Origin: Promethearchaeia archaeon
GTDB taxonomy: Archaea; Asgardarchaeota; Lokiarchaeia; Sigyniarchaeales; SOKP01
Assembly (NCBI GenBank): GCA_046483985.1
Contig: JAWOCD010000096.1
Coordinates: 1-10,516, forward strand
DNA: 10,516 bases
Direction: 5' to 3'
The translations under genes and the position numbers were made by a program. A model generated the notes under the pieces. It was not told the DNA's origin and made no database searches. It was given only the letters and a program-made list of their open reading frames with translations. Of the stretch, positions 1 to 6,542 are shown one piece after another (position 1 is the stretch's first letter; the number at the start of each line of letters is the position of its first letter).

Positions 1-17
1 AAAAAGAAGTGAAAAAA

Positions 18-266
18 ATGTCAAATATATTAATAAAAGATGGTAATGAACTCAACGGGCAGTTTTTTTGTAATGGCTGTGGAGAGGTTCATTTTGGAGA
101 GAATTTAAAAGTTTTAATTTTAGGGGATAGTAAGAATTATCTCTGTAAAAAATGTTATTCAAAGTTAGAAGATTTAATTATCGATAATTCACCTTATCAA
201 TGTGAATCGGTAAAATCAGAGGACCCCAATAAGATTTCCGCACTTTTTTGTGAAGGTGAAGACTAA
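18..266 (+). CDS. Small Zn-finger protein (CxxC...CxxC)
   Basis: CNGC...CKKC motifs. ATG at 18 follows SD-like GAAGTGA; the track starts at GTG 9. Confidence 0.7.
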   Translation: MSNILIKDGNELNGQFFCNGCGEVHFGENLKVLILGDSKNYLCKKCYSKLEDLIIDNSPYQCESVKSEDPNKISALFCEGED

Positions 267-267
267 A

Positions 268-435
268 ATGTCAATAAAAAACATATGCGATAAATGCGGA
301 AAAAAAATTAATTCTATTTCAGGGTTGTATTTAGTCCAAACTCATCCCCAGGCACTTCATTATTGCTGGGTTTGTTGCAACGAAGAAGATATCCGAATAG
401 ACCCTTTTCACCAGATCGCCGAGCATTTAGTCTAA
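268..435 (+). CDS. Small Zn-finger protein (CxxC...CxxC)
   Basis: CDKC...CWVCC motifs. ATG 268 lies 1 nt after the upstream stop and follows AGGTGA; the track starts at 250. Confidence 0.7.
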   Translation: MSIKNICDKCGKKINSISGLYLVQTHPQALHYCWVCCNEEDIRIDPFHQIAEHLV

Positions 436-442
436 AATATAA

Positions 443-455
443 TTTTTACTTTTTT
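443..455 (+). terminator. Putative archaeal oligo-T terminator
   Basis: TTTTTACTTTTTT just after the stop of the upstream gene pair. Confidence 0.45.
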
Positions 456-530
456 CTTATGTTTCTTATGCTCTCTACGAGTATATGCATAAGACAAGGG
501 ATATACCCTTGCCTTGTAAAAGGGAAAAAA
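450..530. other. Multi-hairpin structured element
   Basis: Stems TCTTATGC 464-471/GCATAAGA 487-494, CAAGGG 495-500/CCCTTG 506-511 and CCTT 512-515/AAGG 520-523 (GTAA loop), closed by TTTTTTC 450-456/GAAAAAA 524-530. Confidence 0.5.
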
Positions 531-537
531 ATATAAA

Positions 538-648
538 TAAAATTAATCAAGAACTACTCAAGATCTAAGTTAATTTTCAGTTAGATTTATATATGAGAAA
601 AACAATAATAAGAATATAAGGATTTAACTTAAAATTAATCAAAAACTA
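538..648. repeat. 19-bp direct repeat pair (18/19 identical)
   Basis: TAAAATTAATCAAGAACTA at 538-556 and TAAAATTAATCAAAAACTA at 630-648. Confidence 0.75.
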
Positions 649-656
649 ACTGAAAA
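574..656. repeat. 11-bp perfect inverted repeat, candidate operator pair
   Basis: TTTTCAGTTAG 574-584 and CTAACTGAAAA 646-656; a second pair TAAGTTAA 566-573/TTAACTTA 624-631 is interleaved. Confidence 0.7.
586..593 (+). promoter_or_regulatory. Archaeal TATA box of the promoter for the RHH-led gene run
   Basis: TTTATATA in the largest intergenic gap, about 70 bp upstream of ATG 660; the upstream BRE position is non-canonical. Confidence 0.55.
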
Positions 657-659
657 ATT

Positions 660-854
660 ATGAGTAAAACGAAAAGAAAAACACTTCAATTGGAACGAGA
701 TATTGTTGAGAATGCTGAACAAATTGCAAAAAGTAAATTTGAATATCGCGTCATTAACTCGACAGCCGAAGCAATTAGGGAGATCCTAATTGATTTTATC
801 AAAAAAAACCGTAATCATCTTTCAAAAACTGAAAAGGCCAAAACAACACCTTAA
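660..854 (+). CDS. Ribbon-helix-helix (CopG/Arc/MetJ-like) DNA-binding protein
   Basis: Strand KRKTLQL, helix ERDIVENAEQIAK, second helix NSTAEAIREILIDF; 64 aa. Confidence 0.75.
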   Translation: MSKTKRKTLQLERDIVENAEQIAKSKFEYRVINSTAEAIREILIDFIKKNRNHLSKTEKAKTTP

Positions 855-878
855 ACTTTAAGGAGGTTTTTATAAAAG

Positions 879-1247
879 TTGACTGTGCAGAAATTACAAA
901 ACAAAATGAAAAGGACTCTCTCCCGCGTCTACAAACACGCGTTTGAGATTTGGGAGCGTGCCCATCAAGACCTAAAGGAATTAATGAAAAAATATCCTGC
1001 GGTGAAAAATACTTTTTTTGAAAAGCAACTCGATATCGCAGGGACCAAGGCACAGATCAATTTAATGAAATATGAACTTACCGATGTCGTGCCCAAAAGG
1101 GCAACCCACAAATCACCAAACCACACCGGGTCACGAAGAGATATTTTTTTCATGATCTTTGCTCTTATTTTTATTATCGCTCTAATTTGCTTTGCCACCG
1201 TAGCTACCATAAATTTGTTTTTCTTTTTAATGGAGGTATGGTACTAA
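879..1247 (+). CDS. Hypothetical protein with C-terminal transmembrane segment
   Basis: SD AGGAGGT 861-867 before the TTG start; hydrophobic tail IFFMIFALIFIIALICFATVATINLFFFL. Confidence 0.7.
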   Translation: MTVQKLQNKMKRTLSRVYKHAFEIWERAHQDLKELMKKYPAVKNTFFEKQLDIAGTKAQINLMKYELTDVVPKRATHKSPNHTGSRRDIFFMIFALIFIIALICFATVATINLFFFLMEVWY

Positions 1248-1576
1248 TGTTAGAGCAAATCGCAATTCCCGAAAAAATCCGTGAGGATGCCAAATGTAAC
1301 TGCGGCAATCGGCAATGGACTCAACAAAACATTGAGATTAACACAGTCCAAGTTGGAGGGATAATTATCGCGTTTGAGATATCGCTCGGATTAAAATGTA
1401 CGGAATGCGGGCTATATTCTCTAAAACTAATCGGAACTTTTGATAACTTAAGGAATCTAAAACATTTAACTACTTTTCCATATTGCCGAGAACTTATCCC
1501 TGAATTGGAAAAGTATAAGGGCCACATTCTCTCTTCTTTTGAAACACTTAATAAACAACATAACGGAGGAATTTAG
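1247..1576 (+). CDS. Hypothetical Zn-ribbon protein
   Basis: CNCG...CTECG motifs. TAATG overlap and GGAGGT 1232-1237 favour a start at 1247 over the track's 1187. Confidence 0.7.
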   Translation: MLEQIAIPEKIREDAKCNCGNRQWTQQNIEINTVQVGGIIIAFEISLGLKCTECGLYSLKLIGTFDNLRNLKHLTTFPYCRELIPELEKYKGHILSSFETLNKQHNGGI

Positions 1577-1582
1577 AAAAAA

Positions 1583-2068
1583 ATGATGGCATCGAAGAAA
1601 GCGAATAGTCAAAAGTCAAAGACTAAGTTTGACAAAAGAAAAGGGATTAGGATTAACGACTTCCAGAATTTTGGGTGGGATCCAGAATATATTAGACAAA
1701 GGCTGGATCAAATGTCACACACAAAGTTTGACTACCTAAAACAGAAGTTGTCAAACAACCATAATCACACTATCCGCCTAACCCAAAGCCAAGCCGAGAA
1801 ATGGGATCCGGACATTATTCATCATTTTCTAAATGTCAAACAAGACGTTTGCCAAGAACCAGATGTCAAACATATGGACAAATCAACAGAAAAGAATGAA
1901 GGCATGGAAACAGCTTTAGTTCAAATGATCACTTTTTTTGATACTCTTTTTCGTGAAAAACTGGGAGACCTTGGGATTTCAGATTCTGGACTTAAGAAGC
2001 TATTTAACTTGATTGATAAGAACTTAGATGAAGACTTAATTGAGAAAATGAGGAGGGAACTATTGTGA
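1583..2068 (+). CDS. Hypothetical protein
   Basis: 161-aa ORF with upstream GGAGG and coupling to the next gene; no motif recognised. Confidence 0.7.
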   Translation: MMASKKANSQKSKTKFDKRKGIRINDFQNFGWDPEYIRQRLDQMSHTKFDYLKQKLSNNHNHTIRLTQSQAEKWDPDIIHHFLNVKQDVCQEPDVKHMDKSTEKNEGMETALVQMITFFDTLFREKLGDLGISDSGLKKLFNLIDKNLDEDLIEKMRRELL

Positions 2069-2445
2069 TGTCATACAAAGAACAACTGAAAGCAGAACTG
2101 AAACGACGCGAACAAATAAAACAGAAAAGACAAAAAGAAGCCAAGAAAAAGGAAAAGAAAAAGAAAGAATGTCAATGGTGCGGCGAGCAATTTATTAGGC
2201 TTTCAACCCATTTACCACATTGCCCACAAAGTCCTTACAATAAAGAAGGAAAAGACATAAAGGACCCAATAACACCGTCCAAGATCATCTCCGAGGTAAA
2301 ATCCTTTCTTAAAGAAAAAGACAACGTCGACTGGAACTATATTGAGAAAGTCCTTACTACCGACACATCACATAACTACAAATATCTCAGGAGGAAACTC
2401 AAAGATTTCGTAGAAATTCTAATCGCAATGAGGAGGATTGAGTAA
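2068..2445 (+). CDS. Lys-rich coiled-coil protein with C2HC zinc finger
   Basis: CQWC-GEQFIRLST-H-LPH-C motif; TGATG overlap and SD GAGGAGGG. Confidence 0.75.
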   Translation: MSYKEQLKAELKRREQIKQKRQKEAKKKEKKKKECQWCGEQFIRLSTHLPHCPQSPYNKEGKDIKDPITPSKIISEVKSFLKEKDNVDWNYIEKVLTTDTSHNYKYLRRKLKDFVEILIAMRRIE

Positions 2446-2446
2446 G

Positions 2447-2776
2447 GTGAATTCACACGAGTTAAAAGACCACATAAACGCACTTTTAAAAAAGGTTTCA
2501 AAGTTTGCAAACGAATTCAAACCGGTTGATGTTCTTACAACAACTGATAAGAAAAAGCAAGATAAAATAGTTCAAGAGTTATTAGATTTCTTCCCGAGCA
2601 GTTGGCCGCATGGAGAGAGATATAAAACTCTCAAGGCGTGGCTGAAGGGAACTGAAACAGACGAGCAAAAGATAACCCGAACGCTCTATGAACTAAAGAC
2701 TATGATTAAGAACTATTATCTTGATGAAGTGGAACAATTATTAGAAAAATTAACAACATGTGAGGTTTCAGAGTAA
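2447..2776 (+). CDS. Hypothetical alpha-helical protein
   Basis: SD GAGGAGG 2430-2436 is better spaced for GTG 2447 than for the track's TTG 2438. Confidence 0.65.
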   Translation: MNSHELKDHINALLKKVSKFANEFKPVDVLTTTDKKKQDKIVQELLDFFPSSWPHGERYKTLKAWLKGTETDEQKITRTLYELKTMIKNYYLDEVEQLLEKLTTCEVSE

Positions 2777-2778
2777 AA

Positions 2779-3297
2779 ATGAACTTGACACAGACTATGA
2801 AGGACATTAGAAAAACAGCTCTTTTTATTATTGTTTTTCTCACAGCATTTTTCAAAATCATTTGTTTATATGTATTCAAATTTATAAAAAAATATTTTAT
2901 TCAACTCATATTAATCATAGTCGCTCTTTTAGTTGGCTGTGAACTGATATGGTTAGCATCGGTATTCGATATAAGCGTGCCATTATTAATTATTCCTCCA
3001 CGGGACAATTTTGAGATAAGTAGCGCTTTTATCGGCCGAGAAGTAGTTCGCATTTCGCGAGCGTCGGGAACATCGCAAAACATGTTTCTTTTTCTGTACC
3101 GTTTTTATCCCATTTCAAATTCAAATTATATATTCTTAACCCTGTTATTATTCTTATTCTGTTATTATGGGCTTACATCGTCATGGTCGTGTGAAAAAGA
3201 TTACTTGAGTGTTTTGCGACCCCAAAACGTAATCTACTACAAATCAAAATCAAAATCAAATCAATTTAAATCTAAAATAAACGAGGTAAAACAATGA
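2779..3297 (+). CDS. Multi-pass membrane protein, hypothetical
   Basis: About three hydrophobic segments (ALFIIVFLTAFFKIICLYVF; FIQLILIIVALLVGCELIWLASVF; YIFLTLLLFLFCYYGL). Confidence 0.65.
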   Translation: MNLTQTMKDIRKTALFIIVFLTAFFKIICLYVFKFIKKYFIQLILIIVALLVGCELIWLASVFDISVPLLIIPPRDNFEISSAFIGREVVRISRASGTSQNMFLFLYRFYPISNSNYIFLTLLLFLFCYYGLTSSWSCEKDYLSVLRPQNVIYYKSKSKSNQFKSKINEVKQ

Positions 3298-3566
3298 ATA
3301 TTAAATTAAAAAATAATTACGATATCAGAGCTTTAGCATCTTCCCTTTCAAACGCAAAGGGCCCGCAACTGGAAACCGCGCTTAATATTCTCAAGCAGAT
3401 GCATTCCCAACTTAGTAACAAAGACTTGCAAAACTACATTAAAACAATCATCGAATATGATTTACTTCCGCGGACAAAACAAAACAATTTCTCTGCGGCG
3501 GCGACAAAATCATGCAAGACGGTGATTAAAAAACTTAAACGGTATAATACAGAGGTGTCAAGCTAA
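3294..3566 (+). CDS. Hypothetical protein
   Basis: ATGA overlap, upstream GAGGT, 90 aa. Confidence 0.65.
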   Translation: MNIKLKNNYDIRALASSLSNAKGPQLETALNILKQMHSQLSNKDLQNYIKTIIEYDLLPRTKQNNFSAAATKSCKTVIKKLKRYNTEVSS

Positions 3567-3570
3567 AGAG

Positions 3571-4107
3571 ATGACCGAAGCCGATAAACAATTTGAGCAA
3601 CAACAATCAATTAAGAGAGAAGAGATCATCTTAGAACAAGCAATAACAATCTATGAAACCGCGCTTGACTCTGATGTAATTTCATTCCGCGAAGCAAAGA
3701 TTAGAAAACTACGACAAGCTTTAAACAAACTAACTGGAGATCGGTATGCGCAGTTAGATTCAAAACTCGCTACACTCGAAGCCAACACCAGAAAGATGAA
3801 GGAACTGAAAAATGCGGAACTTCGAATCAATACCGACAAGGTTAATAACACAGACACAAACAATTTCAGAAAGTTCGTGAAGCAGTTAGAAATCTCTAAG
3901 ATACAACGAGACATAATGATATTATTGAATCGAGGTCCCATGCCCAGAAGTAAAATCGTGACAAAACTTGGTAAGCCCAGGACAACGATCTATGATAATC
4001 TCCGAAAACTACAAAAGAAAAACTTAGTTGACAAGTATCCGTTCAACAACGGAGAACGGGGCCGACCGATAATAATGTGGAAACTGACAAATCAAGAGGG
4101 GGTATAA
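3571..4107 (+). CDS. Coiled-coil plus C-terminal winged-HTH regulator (TrmB-like)
   Basis: GPMPRSKIVTKLGKPRTTIYDNLRKLQKKNLV...GRP fits the TrmB/ArsR-type wHTH pattern; SD GAGGTG. Confidence 0.8.
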   Translation: MTEADKQFEQQQSIKREEIILEQAITIYETALDSDVISFREAKIRKLRQALNKLTGDRYAQLDSKLATLEANTRKMKELKNAELRINTDKVNNTDTNNFRKFVKQLEISKIQRDIMILLNRGPMPRSKIVTKLGKPRTTIYDNLRKLQKKNLVDKYPFNNGERGRPIIMWKLTNQEGV

Positions 4108-4109
4108 TC

Positions 4110-4328
4110 ATGTTTAACTTTTTAAAGCGAAAACTAAAATCATTAGGGAAGTCATTAGTCCTTTCTGATTCAGAAAAAGTTAAGCTGGTAAACGCGGATA
4201 CGTACAAAGCTGAAGCCGAAGAATTAGCGTGGGCAAATAAACAATTACATAACCAAATCCAGAACTTACAAAATAAATTAGAGTATCATAAAACAGAAAG
4301 AGAGTTACAATTGTTGGAGGGATTTTAA
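4110..4328 (+). CDS. Small coiled-coil protein
   Basis: ATG 4110 follows GAGGGGGT (track start 4077); heptads LAWANKQLHNQIQNLQNKLE. Confidence 0.65.
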   Translation: MFNFLKRKLKSLGKSLVLSDSEKVKLVNADTYKAEAEELAWANKQLHNQIQNLQNKLEYHKTERELQLLEGF

Positions 4329-4330
4329 AG

Positions 4331-4592
4331 ATGTCAGAAAATTTGAATTTGAATGAAACAAAAGAAGAGGAATCATTATGTCTTTCTGAAAGCGACAAAA
4401 AGAAATTCATAGAGAAAGTCAAAGAGAGAACACCGTTACAAAACGCATTATTCTTTATCAATATAATTTGTATTATTATGGACTCTAAGGATCTCAAAAT
4501 CAGAATTAATTCGAAAGCTCTCTAAATTTTTTGTAGATCGACCTGATAAATTAAAAGATATTTTGAAGAAAATTAAAAAACAAAAAAGGTGA
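4331..4592 (+). pseudogene. Hypothetical gene, probably interrupted by a +1 frameshift (intact ORF is 4331-4525)
   Basis: A second frame is open from 4467 to 4592 (FVLLWTLRISKSELIRKLSKFFVDRPDKLKDILKKIKKQKR*), has no start codon near its beginning, and ends on the PCNA SD (AGGTGA). Confidence 0.5.
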
Positions 4593-4602
4593 ACAGATTA
4601 AA

Positions 4603-5424
4603 ATGTTTAATATCAAATTAGAAAACCCCAAAATTTTGAAGACGATTATTTCGGCAATTGAAGGACTCATCGATGAGACGGTAATTCGGATAGCACTCGA
4701 TAAAGTCGTGATTAATGCTATGGACCCCAGCAAGATCGTTCTTACAGAGATTACACTTCCAGAAGAAACTTTTGACGACTACAACGTTACAGAACCCGCA
4801 AACGTTCCACTGAATTTAGAAGATCTAAATAAAATCTTGAAACGTGTAAACAATTCGGACTTTTTGAGACTTTCAATGACCGAGAACGCGCAAAAAATAA
4901 AGATAAGCGCATTTGACCCTGAGCATCAGCGTAACCGAGAATTTCATTTGGCATTATTAGATTTAGACATTGAAAAAGCCGACATGACGACGTTATTTGA
5001 TATCCATTATCCCGCAACCGCAACACTGTCACCCGGGCTGTTTCTCGAAGCATTAAAAGACTGTGAAATCTATTCGGAAATCATAAATATCAGCGCAACC
5101 GAGGAGACACTTTATTTTAAAAGCGAAGGTCAAATCGGTGAAGCAAACTATGAGCTGTTCGGAGAGTATCTCTCTAACTTAAACGTAACATCAGACGCGA
5201 AAGGCACATACGCAATCGAACATTTAAAAAAGATTCTGAAACTTATTGCGATTACGGAGAAATTTAGCATAGACGTAAAAACGGACCACCCGATAAATCT
5301 CACGTTTGATATTAGTACCGGAGGCACGGTTCATTATTTTCAAGCGCCCCGAGTTGAGGAACCGGAGTTTGACGAAGAAGAAATCTTGGAGGATCTCGAA
5401 TTAGAAGAGGAAGAAGCAGAATAA
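4603..5424 (+). CDS. pcn: DNA polymerase sliding clamp PCNA (archaeal type)
   Basis: Hallmark motifs AMDPSKIVL, FDDY, LNLEDLNKILKR, F-SEG-G, GTYAIEHLKKILK and C-terminal YFQAPRVE; 273 aa. Confidence 0.97.
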   Translation: MFNIKLENPKILKTIISAIEGLIDETVIRIALDKVVINAMDPSKIVLTEITLPEETFDDYNVTEPANVPLNLEDLNKILKRVNNSDFLRLSMTENAQKIKISAFDPEHQRNREFHLALLDLDIEKADMTTLFDIHYPATATLSPGLFLEALKDCEIYSEIINISATEETLYFKSEGQIGEANYELFGEYLSNLNVTSDAKGTYAIEHLKKILKLIAITEKFSIDVKTDHPINLTFDISTGGTVHYFQAPRVEEPEFDEEEILEDLELEEEEAE

Positions 5425-5437
5425 CAAATCAACATCA

Positions 5438-5450
5438 TTTTTTTTATTTT
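5438..5450 (+). terminator. Putative oligo-T terminator after pcn
   Basis: T8-A-T4 run starting 13 nt after the stop codon. Confidence 0.5.
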
Positions 5451-5510
5451 ACTCTATTGTCTCGCGTCTCGCGACCAAGGAGTATTAACAATAAAAAAAG
5501 AAGTGATAAA

Positions 5511-6542
5511 ATGGTTCAAATAAAACAAAGACCAAATTTTAAACCAGCAGAATGCAATCACAACAATACGATATTTCGTAATGGGTTTAAAGTATGTACC
5601 AATTGTGGAAATATAATCGATAAACACCTTACATCTGGGCGATACCTCAGAGGCGATACACAAGATATTCAAAAATATGGAACCCCACCGAGAGCAACAG
5701 CATTAGGAGATACCCAATCATCTCTTCGAGAAGGAACAACATTCAGAAAAAAAGACATATATAAAACAAACAATTCACCCTTATTTTTCAGGCTAAAAAG
5801 GATCGATAAATATCGATATAAAGACCAGGAAACTTATTTACGTATATTTAAACGATTACACAAGGTGTGTCTCCGTTTGGGAATTCCACGACATATTACC
5901 GAGGCGGCGGCATACAGATTTCGGAAATTAAAAAACGGAGACTATAATATCATTAACAATTCAACCGCGATAGTATATTGTCTCTGGGATACTATTCGAT
6001 TTTATAAATTTAATACAAACCTAAAGAATCTTATTAACGCATTTAAAGAAGAGGGTACTCATATTCGAGGTAGACTCCTAATTCGCGATGGGGCCCTTTA
6101 TAGTAAATATCTCAAAAACGAAGGTATCGTAAAATCAAAACCTAAACATGCAAAAGATTATATTCCAACACTTATCGCAAACTTCTTAGCAAATAAAGAG
6201 AGAATCCAAGAACGTCTTACTTATAAAAGTGTACCCATCTCCCCTGAAAACTATATTTTTACATTAGAGCGTTTTGCGTTTTATATTATTGATATTATAA
6301 ATATCCCTCTCAGATATTCAAGTCTTAATCCATTTCAAACCGCAAGTACAGTATTATATGTTGCGGGAAAAATGGTCGGAAAAATAAAAGGTTATTCATC
6401 AACTGTATTAACCCAATCGCTTATTGCAGAAATTACAAACGTCGCCATACACTCTATTCGAGGGGTATATGGAAAACTACTCAAACCGATTCTTGATGTA
6501 ATCCTATTTAAATTAAAGGAAGGTAAATATGACACAGAGTAA
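5511..6542 (+). CDS. tfb: Highly diverged transcription initiation factor TFB/TFIIB homolog (copy 1)
   Basis: N-terminal Zn ribbon CNH...CTNCG; cyclin-repeat segment LHKVCLRLGIPRHITEAA; C-terminal HTH LTQSLIAEITNVAIHSIR. ATG 5511 follows GAAGTGA; the track starts at TTG 5457. Confidence 0.8.
   Translation: MVQIKQRPNFKPAECNHNNTIFRNGFKVCTNCGNIIDKHLTSGRYLRGDTQDIQKYGTPPRATALGDTQSSLREGTTFRKKDIYKTNNSPLFFRLKRIDKYRYKDQETYLRIFKRLHKVCLRLGIPRHITEAAAYRFRKLKNGDYNIINNSTAIVYCLWDTIRFYKFNTNLKNLINAFKEEGTHIRGRLLIRDGALYSKYLKNEGIVKSKPKHAKDYIPTLIANFLANKERIQERLTYKSVPISPENYIFTLERFAFYIIDIINIPLRYSSLNPFQTASTVLYVAGKMVGKIKGYSSTVLTQSLIAEITNVAIHSIRGVYGKLLKPILDVILFKLKEGKYDTE

Noticed and set aside
436-659. tRNA gene or CRISPR mini-array in the intergenic gap
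   Set aside because: No T-loop, D-loop or anticodon consensus; only two 19-bp repeats separated by 73 bp, which does not fit CRISPR geometry.
938-1380. 12-bp repeat CGCGTTTGAGAT at 938-949 and 1369-1380
   Set aside because: Both copies encode AFEI inside genes, there are only two, and they have no regulatory context.
2170-2223. UBZ4 ubiquitin-binding zinc finger
   Set aside because: The spacing is shorter than in Rad18-type UBZ4, and the ubiquitin-contacting Asp after HL is replaced by Pro.
2570-2593. PIP-like VQELLDFF
   Set aside because: The Gln is out of register and the motif sits inside a likely helical domain, so a chance match is plausible.
3241-3262. Short tandem repeat (A)AAATC x4
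   Set aside because: Encodes low-complexity KSKSKSN and is too short and irregular to call a functional array.
3571-4107. TFE-alpha identity for the wHTH protein (ends in WKL)
   Set aside because: PRTTIYDNL and the GRP wing fit the TrmB type. The wHTH is C-terminal and has no following Zn ribbon.
1-5513. AAAAAGAAGTGA at 1-12 and 5495-5506, both just before start codons
   Set aside because: Adequately explained as an SD variant in an A-rich context.
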